The notes under the pieces are model-generated. The model saw only the letters and a program-made list of their open reading frames with translations. It did no database searches and was not told where the DNA came from. The position numbers were made by a program, and so were the translations under genes. From Pelomyxa schiedti (taxonomy: Eukaryota; Protista; Evosea), in NCBI GenBank assembly GCA_020536535.1, contig JAHLWZ010000628.1, positions 1-43,356 of the forward strand: a stretch of DNA of 43,356 bases, in the 5' to 3' direction. This document shows, piece by piece, positions 1 to 18,036 of the stretch. Numbering within the stretch: the first letter of the stretch is position 1; the number at the start of each line of letters is the position of its first letter.

Positions 1-5243
<5,243 letters not shown>

Positions 5244-5671
5244 ATTAAACTTGAGGCTTCCTTTATGGTGTATTTATTTGGACCAGACCCACAACATAAG
5301 CGACTTGCTGCCAATGAACTCAACTCGGTTGCCCGATTCCATACATTTTCCCTTGAGGTCACTTTGCGAAAAATAATTTTTCCCTACATTGTGGCTTTAA
5401 TAGAGCACCCTTGTCGCACCAGGTTGCTGTGTTGTTACCTTCCTTTTTCAGAACCAAATTAGTCCACAAAGTTGCCTTGGTCTGGTTTTTCCAATTCTCA
5501 AACCTTTTAGAGCTTAGACACTTGAAAAGTTGGAACCAACCAACAACCTCAGAGTGTTTACCACCGGCTTTGCGCAATTTTGGGTTTGCTGCATATGATG
5601 ATGTTTCAAAGGATCCAACAAAATTTGGCTGCCCATTTGCTGTTGCCTCCCCAGACTTAGAGAAGTGTGGT

Positions 5672-5931
5672 CAGGATGAGAGATTATGTCACTCTTGCAG
5701 CTCCAGAGAAGAATAAGTTGTGATTTCAAATAAGTCCTTAAGCTGAGAGCTGGTCAAAGGTCTCAAACCAGGCTCAACTTCTGATACTGACATCACGTAC
5801 AAGAACCTGGTTGCCTGAAGCAAACATGGGATTGATAAGTGTTAAACAAATTAATTGTTTCAAATTAATTACCCTTCCTGTAATCTTGGCCAAAGATTGG
5901 AGCTGCCAGAGTGACATAATCTCTCATCCTG
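5672..5931. repeat. 34-bp inverted repeat (5672-5705 and 5898-5931, one mismatch) with a 192-bp spacer
   Basis: caggatgagagattatgtcactcttgcagctcca at 5672-5705; the reverse complement of 5898-5931 is caggatgagagattatgtcactctggcagctcca. Confidence 0.9.
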
Positions 5932-6393
5932 TTCCGGTGCACAGTGATGATGCTCCTCAGTATTGGTGGCTTACACTGTAATTAACCGCAATGGCACAAT
6001 TGCATGAGCTTCCTTAAGTCAAACTGGATCCAGTTTGGCAGCTGGGCCCAAATTGTTAATTGTTTGTTTTTCCCAATTTTTCAACCTCCACCCACTGTTA
6101 TTGCCAAGTCAACTTGTGTACCTCCCTAGGAGCAACACTTTGCTGAGTTTCCGCAGCTGAGATCCTGTTTAGGTTCGTTGTGACATACGCCCAAAGGGCG
6201 GGCGTTGCAACATCTACAATATTTACCGGAATTGCTCTCCTTCCAGTAATAGTGGGTGTGAATAGTAGTGGAGGTAATATATGTTGGTGATATTATAATA
6301 GTGAGAAAGTAGCACTCTCTAATAATGTACCCAGAAATGAAAAAAAAAAAGGGAATTTGGATGCGTTGCTTCTTTTTTCCCTTTCTATCCAGC

Positions 6394-7348
6394 TCATAGC
6401 TCTTTGAAACCATGTGCAACATAAACTTCCAATTCAAACAGAGACGAGATGGTAGTTTGCTCACAGACAACATGTGACACACCAAGTACGGACTCTGGTG
6501 TGACTTGTCTGTGCGACCTGATGTCAAATGCAGAAGGAGAGTTGCCCAATGAAAGTGCATGGCAGTGGGTTGTGAATCCGCTGTTATCGTTGGTGTGTGG
6601 GGACCCTGGATGGTTGTAGAGAAACCTAGAGAGCTGCGGTTTGGTGAATTCCGGGTGTGATTCTGTAACAGTTCCAATGCATCCCACAAGCGCAGTCATG
6701 CAATTTGTCTCAATGATTGGGGGCCGGGAGTAACCAGGACTGGTGAATATGTTCTCTCCGTAGATTGGTGGTTTTGATACAGCAGTGGATGTGAATTTAT
6801 CAAGTGAAGCAACGCCACAAAAAAGTGCAGGGAAATCACCAACCATTCCTCTCAGTGTATTGTCTAGCAGAGATGACAACAGCATAGGCTCTCTTGGTTC
6901 TGTGCAAAAATTGGTTCCACACAGATAGTGGCAAAATAAAAATGAAACAATCAGTGTATGAAAACTATCCTATATCAATTCCATCGTCATCCATCCATCC
7001 CACAATACCAATTTGGATCCTGTAGTCCGGAGTAGCTCCCAACCCCACAAAGACCCCAAACGAGGTGTTGAAAGTGGGGCCGTTCGCCACACCACGGCCG
7101 CCAACCGCAGTTATGGGTCCACCCTGCACTGCATTCGTCGGGCACACATAAGTGACGCCGTTCAAAGTGACCATCTCGCCCAAAGAGCCCCAGTCAGAAT
7201 CCACAGTGCCGGTGCCCAGCCCACACACCAAGTCGGTGGATCTCAGAGGAACCTGGGATTCCACACCACCAAGTAACCCGGCAACCACATTGGATACCGA
7301 ACCCCTCACCAAAGCTTCACTGTCACGCTTCCCTGTATTGTTCATCAT
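6394..7348 (-). CDS. Alpha-acetolactate decarboxylase-like (AldB/BudA fold) protein, divergent; start uncertain (7348 or 7427)
   Basis: Exon 1 (SVSNVVAGLLGG...GLGTG...SLGEMVTLNGVTY) resembles ALDC STxxALMAGLYDG...GLGTFxxLDGEMIxLDG. An intron at about 7009-6900 joins it in frame (QI|EPREPMLL) to ORF 6885-6394, which has TAVSKPP, ALVG, THCHA (HxH) and a later GVSHV, like the Zn-binding HxH...H signature. Confidence 0.55.
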
Positions 7349-7522
7349 AGAGGTCAAAATTAAATCTGTACGGAAATTGATCCAGACCTGTGACAAGTTT
7401 GGTTTTGAAATGGAGGTTCTCTACCATTTAAGAATGTGGTTGCAGCCCAGGCCAATTGAACCACATTCAGAAGCAACCACTTTCCTTGTTTCTCGAGAAA
7501 CAACAGTCGAGGAAAACAAAAA

Positions 7523-9161
7523 ATGGCAGCGAGCGGCGTAGACGATGCAATGGTCGGAGACGCTGTAGCGAGTGGTGCTAGTGGGAGTGGCAGTAGCGAG
7601 GGGGCTGCCGCCACAGTAGCAGCCGCCACCACCGCCGCGACCACCAGCACGACCAGCACGACCAGCAGCAGCAGCAGCACGACGGCCCCCGCCGCGGCGG
7701 CCACCACCACGACCACGGGGGGGCTGGGGCTTCTGCCCGAGGCGCAGGGGGACAGGGTGCGCCCGGGCGACGTCCTGATCGCGCTGGTCAGGAAGGGCGA
7801 GTACGCGGCGGTGCACGTGAGGCACGGGGGCCTGTTCAACTGCGCGTCGGGGTCGTACCTCCATGACAAGCTCATCGACCAGGAGTACGGTTCCACAGTG
7901 TGCGCCAGCCCAATTACCACTTTATTTTATTTTTTTTTTTTTTTTTGGGTTTTCCTAGTTGGGAACTGGACCTAGATATTGCTGTTTTTATGTTAGATAC
8001 GAGATAATAAAGCGTGATTGGCAAGGGTGGTTATTAACTTGGGAAAAGGTGCCATCCTCTAAGAATGAGGGTTCGATCACGTTGCTCAAATTTAGTCCGG
8101 TTTTGTGGACCAAGGCTCTCACTCATCGCACCCAGATTTTGTACGGCCCAGACATTTCTCTTATTATTCAAGTTCTGGGTATTCGGCCAGGTTCACTTGT
8201 GATTGAGTCAGGTTGAAAGGAATCTTGAAACTTAATTTGGCTCATCTTTGTGCACCAAGGAACGGGGAGTGGGTCTCTTTCAACTTCGCTGGCTACGACG
8301 GTTGCACCACATGGCCATCTTTATACATATGACTTTCACCCAAACAGATCCTCACAAGCCAAGTACATTTCAGTGACTTAAATTTTTGTGGGTTTATTTC
8401 TTTTTTCAGGGAGGAATTTGTACGTAATGGGATCATTAATATCACTGCAACTGAGCGAGATGTATGCCAATACGGGTTTGACTTAGATTCTATTGACTTG
8501 AAAGGAAAGGTATTCTCACCCCTTGCTGACATTTTTTTTTTAAGAACTACTTTCTCCCCAATATGTTCAAGACAGATTGATGCCGTGTTTCTTGATTTGC
8601 CTACACCCACAAAAGCTATTCCTCATGCCTGCAAAATGTTGCGGCCCTTTGGATCCGTATGGAGAGCCGAACAGCTATTGCCTGACTTACTTTGAAACCC
8701 AGATTTGTACATTCAGTCCATGCATAGAACAAGTTCAAGGCTCCCACCAAACTCTCGTAGAGAACGGTTTTGTTGGTACCTCCCCACTACGAAGCCAAGT
8801 TTCCGGACTAATTCTTTTCCCTCAAATAGAAATACAGACCGTGGAGTTCCTGGATAGACCCTACAACATCTTCCCATATCGTTCGACCGTACTAGATACT
8901 ACCCCAGCAGCACCCACTCCCACAGAACCAAGCGCAACAAGCACAGGCACCACCGCTACAAACAGCAACAACAGCACAACACCGGCCAAACCCGGCACAA
9001 AGCGAAGCAGAGCAAATGACAAATCCGCTGTGGCATCATCCTCGCGCATAGTATGTGCTCCTGTATCCGACATATCTGGTCATACAGGCTACCTCACCTT
9101 TGCCCACAAGTCCCCATCACCACTCACAACTCCTCCCCCATCTTCTGCTTCCTCCTCCTAG
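7523..9161 (+). CDS. TRM61: tRNA (adenine58-N1)-methyltransferase catalytic subunit (Trm61/Gcd14), multi-exon
   Basis: WTKALTHRTQILYGPDISLII, PGSLVIESG|TGSGSLS, DAVFLDLPTP, CTFSPCIEQVQ and C-terminal HTGYLTFA are Gcd14/Trm61 motifs. Confidence 0.95.
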
Positions 9162-9398
9162 GCCTCATTCATAATTATTCTCCAATAAAGCTCCAAAACC
9201 CAGACACTGCAAAAGGTTCTTTGGAATCCATCCAAAGTTTTGCGTGTGCTTTGGTGCGCTCTGTTCTATTCTAAACGAGAAGGAAATTTTATGTTTCGTC
9301 GCTTCTCGTCCACCACTCTTGTTCTCTTCTTTAATCCAGATCTACGAAGAGCCGAAGTATTTTTTTAAAGAAATAATACAAGGCAAGGCCGGGTCAAG

Positions 9399-11146
9399 AT
9401 GGCGAGTGGGTTCCAAAAGCACGTTGCGGCTGTCACACGCGACTACATCATTAATCCACGTTTGGGTATGCTGTTTCTCCCCTTTGTGTACCGTACTTTT
9501 TTTTTTTTGACTCGTCAAATAAGACTATCGCACTGTTACTGGTGTGAATGGACCACTGGTTATTCTGGAAAACATCAAGGTAGAAATGGTCGTTTGAAAT
9601 CCGTCAATTTAACTTGCCCTCCAAGAGACCACAATTTGCCGAAATCGTGAACTTAACACTGGCTGATGGCTCTATCCGCAAAGGTCAAGTGCTGGAAATT
9701 GCAGGCAATAAGGCCGTCGTGCAGGTTTTCGAAGGGACATCAGGAATTGATGCCAAGCATACACACTGTGAATTTACTGGTGATATTTTGAGACTTCCTG
9801 TGAGTGAAGATATGCTTGGAAGGGTTTTCAATGGTTCAGGCAAACCTGTAGACAAGGGTCCCAATGTTCTCGCAGAGGACTTCTTGGATATTCAAGGTGT
9901 CTATCCTTGAAATTGTGAAGCGACCTTACTTGTGTAGGTCAACCCATCAACCCCTATTCGCGTGTTTATCCGGAGGAAATGATACAGACTGGCATTAGTG
10001 CCATTGATACAATGAACAGCATTGCCCGTGGCCAGAAGATTCCCATCTTCTCTGCTGCCGGTCTTCCTCACAATGAGGTGTGTTTTTATCAGTAAACCAC
10101 CTTTTTTCACCGTGCCAAGATTGCCGCTCAAATTTGCAGGCAAGCTGGTCTAGTGAAACACAAAGGAAAGGGCACCTCTGACCACTCAAATGAGAACTTT
10201 GCCATTGTTTTCGCCGCTATGGGTGTTAACATGGAGACTGCTAGGTTCTTCAGGCAGGACTTTGAGGAGAATGGTAGTATGGAGCGTGTGACACTGTTCC
10301 TGAACCTTGCAAACCACCCAACCATTGAGCGTATTATTACACCCCGACTTGCATTGACAACTGCCGAGTACTTTGCATACACCTGTGACATGCACGTGCT
10401 TGTCATTTTGACCGATATGAGTTCTTACGCTGATGCACTTCGTGAGGTAATTTTTCTTAAATCCGACCACAATGTGATGAACTATAGGTATCTGCCGCCC
10501 GTGAGGAGGTGCCTGGCCGACGTGGTTATCCAGGTTATATGTACACGGACTTGTCAACCATCTATGAGAGAGCTGGACGTGTAGCTGGAAGACCTGGGTC
10601 CATCACCCAGCTTCCAATTTTGACCATGCCTAACGATGATATCACTCACCCAATCCCCGATCTTACCGGCTACATCACGGAGGGTCAAATTTATGTCGAT
10701 CGTCAACTCCACAATCGACAGATTTATCCACCCATCAACGTGCTGCCTTCATTGTCCCGATTGATGAAAAGTGCCATTGGTGAGGAAATGACCAGAGAAG
10801 ACCATGGCGAGGTTTCCAACCAGCTTTATGCCAACTATGCCATTGGCAAAGACACCCAAGCCATGAAGGCTGTGATTGGTGAGGAGGCTCTCTCACCAGA
10901 GGACAAGATGGCCCTTGCCTTCCTTGACAAGTTCGAGCAAAAGTTTATCAGCCAAGGCCACAACGAAGCCAGAGACATCTTCCAGGTTGGTTTGCGTTTA
11001 CCCGAAATTTCCTCTCACCATTGCAATTACAGTCCCTGGAGCTTGCTTGGTCCCTACTTCGTACATTCCCCAGGGACATGCTAAAGCGTATTTCTGACAA
11101 AACCCTGGATGCCTACTATCTCCGCGAGAGGAAGGGTGATGTCTAA
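9399..11146 (+). CDS. VMA2: V-type proton ATPase subunit B, multi-exon
   Basis: [106 protein letters not shown]; last exon ends ...RKGDV* at TAA 11144-11146. Confidence 0.98.
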
Positions 11147-11183
11147 AGTGTGTTGTGATATGTGATAAACAGACATTTACAAA

Positions 11184-12576
11184 CTATAATTCGTTTTTCT
11201 GGTGCAGCCATTCATTGGCTAGCCCAATTGTAGCCTCAATAACATGCCCTGTGGGGTAACAACACAAGCCTTTATCTACTCCTAGACTGCAAGGTGATTT
11301 TGCCTTCACAACTAGTTGAGCCTGGTCCCATGCCGTGTCTGGCATTTGTTTTCCAGTAATTTCCTGTAAAATGGTTAGAGCAAAAAAAAAAAAAAGCTCA
11401 GTAACCTCCCACTTGGCTTGGGCAATTTCTCTGAATTGTGCACAAGGCATAACGAGAGGAAACATTACAAATGTCCACTTGACACCCCAGGCATTTGGAT
11501 TCACATTTCCTTCATTCAGTCCAATGGCACGAGAAACCAGCTCAGTGATATTTTTCTGTAAGTATCCCACGCAGCGCTCTATAGCTTCTGCAACTTGGTA
11601 GTATGGTGCTGTGGTCATTGAGCTTGTGACACCACTTTCAGCAAAGCAGATTTCAGCCTGATTTCGGGATTCAGTGGTTTCAAGGGCATAGTCATTTGCC
11701 GTTATGATAACGAGACCCTCAAATCTTTGGGTTGTTTGTGTGTGTTTTTAGGTTGCGGTCAGTTCAGAAAACAAAGAGGTTTAAAGAAATACATCAGAAC
11801 GCACTTAAAATATTCCGTCGCACCTTCTTTCGGGTATGGAATTAGTCCCCCTTCGAGTAGCTTTTGAACCACAAACATGGAGTTGATGGAAGTTACGTTT
11901 TTCCCCAGTCCCAAGTCGTCTATAATGACCACAGCCATTGAACACGACTGAGTGGCATCTGCAATTAATCGTAGGAGCCAATTTGGATCATCGACACTTG
12001 AAGCCGAAACAAAAACCTAGGTGCATTCATTAGGGAAAAAGTGGAAATAGAACCCTCTGGGCTAGAGTGGGAAAAAAAGAAAAACCTTGCCATTTTTGAC
12101 TTCGCACTGAGCGTTATTGCATCTCCCAACATTCCTTCCAGAGCTCTTCAGCAGTGCATCAGCCAATATGTTGGCGGCTGTTGTTTTTCCTTGTCTGTGT
12201 GCCCCAACCAGAAACAATCCCCTGTGCCCAACACCCCTTGCTGCCTCCCCCAAAAACTCTTCAATTTGCATTCTAACAATCGGCGTGAGAGTGTTCTTCG
12301 TCAGTGCTAACCAAAAAGTTAAAAAAAAAACCCCAACGCAGCACATCATCATCATCCTCTGTTCATCATATATTGTTCAAACGCGGGCACACAATAACAA
12401 ACAAACAACAACACACCATCACGAGCCACAGCCACGTCGTCCATGGATATTCCTCCTGCACACACGTGCACGAATGGCACGTGCTCTCGCCACTTCACCC
12501 TACGTCCCTCTACCTCCCCTCCCATAATCATCACCCATACAAGTACCACTGCCGCCACTACCCCCAGGCCCCTCAT
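11184..12576 (-). CDS. Signal-peptide-bearing AAA+ P-loop ATPase, torsin/ClpB-D2-like, about 5 exons
   Basis: A hydrophobic N-terminus (MRGLGVVAAVVLVWVMIMGGEVEG) splices in frame (RD|ALTKN) to Walker A GLFLVGAHRQGKTT. It is followed by NWLLRLIADATQSCSMAVVIIDDLG (Walker B) and GLVIITAN (sensor-1). Confidence 0.65.
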
Positions 12577-12648
12577 TTTAAGGAAAAACACAACAATCTG
12601 TTATCTAATGTTTCGTAATGATTCGCAAACACTTAATTGTTCTTTTCT

Positions 12649-14960
12649 TCAGTCTTTGGTGCTGGGTGAGGTTTGGTCTTTGATGCACACAATGCCAGCA
12701 AAGTGGGGGAGCTTTCCTGGTTCTTTCTTGATTTGGATTCCACCACATACTCCGTGGATAGTGACTTCGTCCAGGGAGTACAGGCATATCCCACCACCAG
12801 TGTGGATGAATTTTCCTGTGGATACGGTGTCACAGAACACCCAGCAGTATTTTTCCCTGCCGTTGCGGCGGTATGTGCTCCACCCGGTGACTCCTAGGTA
12901 CGCGTGCTGCTTGTTGCATTTGTGCTTCACTGCCTCAAATTCGGACAGCGATGCCCAGTGGAATCCTTCCGGGGGTTGGAATTGCTTCTGGAAGTCCCAG
13001 ATATGGTCTTTTGCCAGTGCGAGCCACAGTGGGGACTCGCCCCATTGCCGGAATCCATGGCATCCATCCTCTGTGTCCATCCATATTGCTGGGTAGTTAT
13101 GATACTTAGATGCGAATCGTGGAGAATGATCTTACAAACCGGGAAGTGATGCCGTTAGTTCAAGAAAAAGTTCTGGGCTTCTTTTGCTGACAAAGTGCTC
13201 GCTTTCAGCTCTGACGGAAATAATGTAAGCACACCCAAATTCCAGGTTGACGGTTGCTTGACAGTTTGTAAGTGCAGGGAGAGACTTCTAAATGTTGAAG
13301 TAAGCAATCACTCGAACCGTAGAACTCAATCCCATTGCATGCCTCTAATTCGCTATTATTGGCTCGGTAAAAAAGTGTGTAACTCGTGGGTTTCGGAGAA
13401 TGCGAACTGGGGCACTCAGGTGGGCTCCATGAAAAACGGGTTGCGGTATTCTTTACGCAAGCTTCGACTATAGGTTTTCCCGGTGGCAGAATGCACCCTG
13501 GTGGCAGGGCCACCCCCATGTGGTCCAACCCACTGAGGATAGGTCCATCCTCTAGGGTGGTAATGATCTCACTCTCACAGGTCTTCCATTTTGGTATGGA
13601 AACAAAATCCTTTTAGAAGAATTCAAAGTTGCTTTAGTACAGAGAAAAGATATTCATTTTTGAGATAGTACTGGATGAAGTTGGCTGGCCAATGAACAGG
13701 AGTTACATGTTCCGTGGGTATCCCCACCTTCACCCAGAGAGTGAGCCATAAGTTCCATGATCTTCATCCTTGTATCAAGGTTCCTCGCTGATATTATTAG
13801 GGGCTGTGGTTAAATAGGTGTTAACAAACAGAGTGTCGTATAAATTCTCGCTTCTTCTGCTAGAAGTTCGCGACACCTTGACTGGACCCGGTCGACTAGT
13901 CTATTTTCTGTGCGTTTCACTAATGTCACAAATGCATCGTGCCGCTGCAATGAAATTATTACTGTCAGAAACACGTATATATACATTATTCACTTCGGGA
14001 ATGGATTGTAGTATTGCGTCAATTGAGGACTGTATACTTTGCTTTATTGTAATTCTCCACCCTTCATCGTTTGTGTTCTCTGTTTGTGGGCTTGCCTTGT
14101 TTTAGATGAATGGCAGTTACGGGAAAGATGGGAAGTTTTCTCACTGAACAAGATGTGGCATCAGGGCAACTCATACTGCATTCATTACATGAGCACTCTG
14201 GGAGCAATAAATAGCCAAAAAAAAACTGATTTAATGGAGACTAACCAAGTATTCCACTACACGAAGACGAGCTCCGGAAGGGACTCTTTACATGCCGAAG
14301 TAGAGAAGGTCTATTGTGCGCGAGAACCCAACATTCGTCACACAAATGTACATCACACATGGAACAAAAGGCCGTGGCACTTCTAGTGCTGCAGTCCACA
14401 CACATGACAACTGATTTTACAGGAATGAATTACTCCATTGGGTGAGGGGCAAATTAAAAAGAAAGGTGCACAAGAGTATACAAGCCACACCTGGCGAAAT
14501 TTCCGAGCCACGAGAGTCACCCCCACTGCTAGCAGAAACAGAAACAGCAGAGGTGATTTTTCCATCATAATCGAGAGTGACCTTTGTAAGGTAATGGCAC
14601 GTGGGGCACTCTGCGTCCCAAGGCCGTGGCACAAACATATGACAGTGATCGCGGGGCTGCGAGATAGTACGAAGGGCATCAACCAGGCCCCGAGACGCAC
14701 ACAGAGCTGCGCACGATCCACTGCACACGCAGTGCCCGCACTACTCAATTGTGGGAGTGAACGAAGTTGAGTCAAGGTTAAAAAAAAAAAAAAAACAATG
14801 AAAAATACGAACGATACGATGCAAAACACACCCCCAAGCAAAGAGGTTTTTGATCGCCTTGAATGTCACAACGGCACACACAACAACATGAACTAGGCGA
14901 GGAGCGTTCTGCACCAGGCGCCGTAGAAGGGTCGGTCGTTGGGGTGTGGTTGCAGCTCAT
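12649..14960 (-). CDS. TRIM-like protein: RING finger, B-box-like Cys/His motifs, coiled coil, FN3-like domain and an unrecognised C-terminal domain; multi-exon
   Basis: CCVC...KPLCLG|CGHCMCSGSC...ECPTC (RING); CHVC...AFCSMCDVHLCDECWVLAH (B-box); helical segment at about 13800-13970; FSWSPP...TSYTLFY (FN3-like); terminal exon 13080-12649 with GFHWAS...GWSTY...FAGIVCIKD. ATG taken at 14960 (MSCNH). Confidence 0.7.
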
Positions 14961-15046
14961 AGTTCTATCTGGATCAAATATCAACACTTCCTGATCGACG
15001 TTTCTCTCATAGGCGGCGAAAGCATCCACGCAGGAAAAAAAAAAGG

Positions 15047-18036
15047 ATGTCGTCGATTACCCCCTCCTACACTAGTAGTACCGAGAGCTCCTACGGCGAT
15101 GGCGCTGAAACCAGCGAGGGAGGGGTCGTGGGTGTGATGGAATGTACAACCACTGCGATGGCCGTGGCGTGTGTCACTGTTTATCTGTCAATTTGGCTTC
15201 CTGAGGCTCTCAAATCTCCCGCTGTTGTTATGTTTGTTCTGGGTGTGCCCTGTTTTTTTTTCCCCCTTTCTAGCCTTTCTGACATAACTGATTCATTGGT
15301 AATACCGTTTAGCTTTGATTTTGGGGACAATTCCATCTGTTTGGGAGGCAGCTGATGCTTTGGACCCAAACGTGATTTTGTTGGTGTTTCTTCCTCCTGT
15401 ACTTTTCCAAAGTGGGTTGGAGATAGACTTTCACGTCTTCAAAAAAGTGGCATTACAATCAATTATACTCGCTGGTCCTGGTATGATCCCCAATCCATTA
15501 CAATGTTCACTAACGTGAATGTTAAGGGGTACTTGTAAGTGCCGCTGTAAGCACAATAGCTGCATATTACTTGTTTGTGGATTATAACTGGAGTTGGACA
15601 GAGTCCTTATTGCTGGTTTGCAACTGCATTATGCAGTAGAACGCTTATACAAAAAAAAAGGGTGCTGCCCTATCAGCAACAGATCCAGTTGCTACAATAG
15701 CAACTATCAAAAAGTTAGGGGCATCCCCAAAGATCAGTGTCTTAATTGAAGGTGCTTAGTTCCTTTGAGTTACTTTGACTTCCTTAAACCTGGCAGGTGA
15801 GGCTTTGCTTAATGATGGCTCGGCCTATGTTTTATTTGTGGTAGTCTACAATATTATTGTTACAAACAAATTTTCAGCCGCTGTTGTATTCCGTCAATTT
15901 TGTCAAGTGAGTGTACATATGATCTCGCAAATTCACTTATTCTTATTGTAAAAAATAGCTGACTCTAGGAGGCCCTCTTTTTGGACTTGCATGTGCATAT
16001 GTAACTTATCTTTGGCTGCGGTCTATTAGCAGGTTTCCTGTTCTAGAAATTTCGATAACCACTTTGGCTATCTTCGGAGCCATGCTCATTTCAGGTATAT
16101 CTATTCAGAGGAAGCAAGTTAATTGTTATCAGAACTCGTCAATATATCTGGAGTACTAGCTATAGTCACCTTTGGTTTATTCATGGCTTACAAGGGAAAA
16201 TATGGGTACAGCCCTGGAACAAGTGAGGTCTTTTTTTAAACAAAAATTACCTCTTTCACACACCACCCACATAGCCGAATTCTATTTTTTGGAATCAACT
16301 GGAATTTGGCATTAATGCCCTTATATTTTTTTTTGCTGGCCTTATTGTAATGGAGGAATTGATGTCTTCATACAAACCCGAATTTCTTAATATCTTTACT
16401 ACTTATGTGGCTCTTCAAGTTTGTTGGGTTGACTCATATGGCATCCTCTAACTTCCTCAGGTTGGAAGAGGTCTTGCCTTACTGTTACTCCTTCCTATTC
16501 TTGTACATACTGGGTATGGCTTTAGTTGGAAAATGTTTCTCCTTGTTTGGAGTGCAGGGTTGCGTGGGGGGGTTTCCCTATCATTAGGTTTGATTGCATC
16601 TCGATCACATGATTTGACAGAGCCATTCAAGGGACAATTTGCAACCCAGGTGAATACATACAACTGGTTGTTCTGTTAATTTTCCAAGGTTGCAGGAGCG
16701 GTTTTGTGCACATCAGTTATCAATGGCTTGTTATCCAAAGTTATATACCCTCTTCTCCACTTCGAGAAGAAATCTGAAAGCTTACTGGGGCTATTTGAAC
16801 ATGCCGTCTCTGTTGTGGAGCTGTATGCAATTCTAAATTGAGGGAAACTCACGCAAGGACAGGAAAACTGCCGAATTCGTTGAAGAATTACATAAGGATA
16901 TTTTTCTTCGCAACTGCGATTGGGAAATGATTGGATCTGCATTACCCGTTCTTGTCAGGCACACTGAGTCATCTCAAATATCCCTAAATACGGCAGGGGG
17001 ATGGACCAGGATATGGTTACACCACTTGAGAGATATCACGTCCACCTCTTTGCACGACCCCACTCTGCCCTCCACATCCATGCCGCCATCTGGTACAACA
17101 ACTGATTCAGCTCCATCTGAACCCTTTCAAGAGACACAAGAAGAGCAGGGTTGCCTTGAAGTGAGTACACAAGAAGCAAACTCTGTCTCACTACCTTAAT
17201 AGGCACTGCACATGTTTATCAATACAGTTAAAGCAAACTATCTGGAGCAATTTGAGGGCTCCTCTCACCTCGACCCATCCAGTGTGGCCTCACTTGTTGC
17301 TATAACAGATCAGGCAGCGGAGAAGAGTCACACGTTCTTTGACCTTTCACACACAATCTTTTCACGTGAACTACTTGCAACAAATAAAGCTTGTTTATGC
17401 AAGCACTTCTATCACTCTAACTCCTCATCAGATTGTCACTGCCTTACTGAAGGTGCCTCTGCTAAAGTACCTTGGAACGTACCTTCTATATAAACAGATA
17501 TACCAAGCAATCAGATGCTCTCATAGCCTCTTCGCTTGTTACTCCCAAGCAACAAAAACTGTTTTGGAAACTACCTCTGTATGTAAATGCCTCCGGTTAT
17601 GGTCTGATTTGGGTCCAGGTATCCTTTGCCAAAGATGTTGCAGCTGTTCAGAACAACATAATGAGCACACTCTCTGAGCTTCGGAAAGCGTGGCCTACCG
17701 CATATGCCCTGGCACAGCACTCTCTTGCTCTTAAGATGATCATGTACCACAAGGGAACCCTCATCAGGCATGTCTACCGCGAGGGATTCATCGATTCCAA
17801 GACCAAAGATCACATATTATCCAAGCTCAGCACAATGATACACCGTAGGTTTCGAAGTGGAGCTCTCCTGCCACTCACTTCTAACTTTATTCACAGGTTT
17901 TGGTGCTTTTAAGATGGTGTGGATGTGCAGAGAGTTACTACTGATTGTGGACTCCCCCTATCCAGTTTCACTCCCGAACACTGAGGAGATTCCCACGAAC
18001 CAAGTCCCCTTGCTCGAAATAGCGGATGGAGCCTAA
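15047..18036 (+). CDS. CPA1-family Na+/H+ antiporter, SOS1/NHX7-like, multi-exon
   Basis: DPNVILLVFLPPVLFQSG, IILAGPG, GAALSATDPVA, SVLIEGEALLNDGSAYVLF, SGVLAIV, WSAGLRGGVSL, followed by a cytosolic helical tail. The 3' end (18036 vs 17912) depends on the last splice donor. Confidence 0.92.

Noticed and set aside
5594-5960. Box C/D snoRNA candidates (ATGATGA at about 5595, GTGATGA at about 5944)
   Set aside because: I could identify no well-placed D box with a terminal stem and no rRNA-complementary guide.
7428-7466. In-frame TAA between two ATGs upstream of the ALDC-like gene, suggesting stop-codon reassignment
   Set aside because: TAA, TAG and TGA all terminate conserved genes here (V-ATPase B, TRM61, PI3K), so the standard code applies. 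At most this is a uORF.
11700-12271. IstB/DnaC transposon helper or viral SF3 helicase (VVIIDDLG, IITAN)
   Set aside because: There is no transposase, terminal repeats or viral genes nearby. The gene has introns and an in-frame signal-peptide exon, which fits a cellular luminal AAA+ better.
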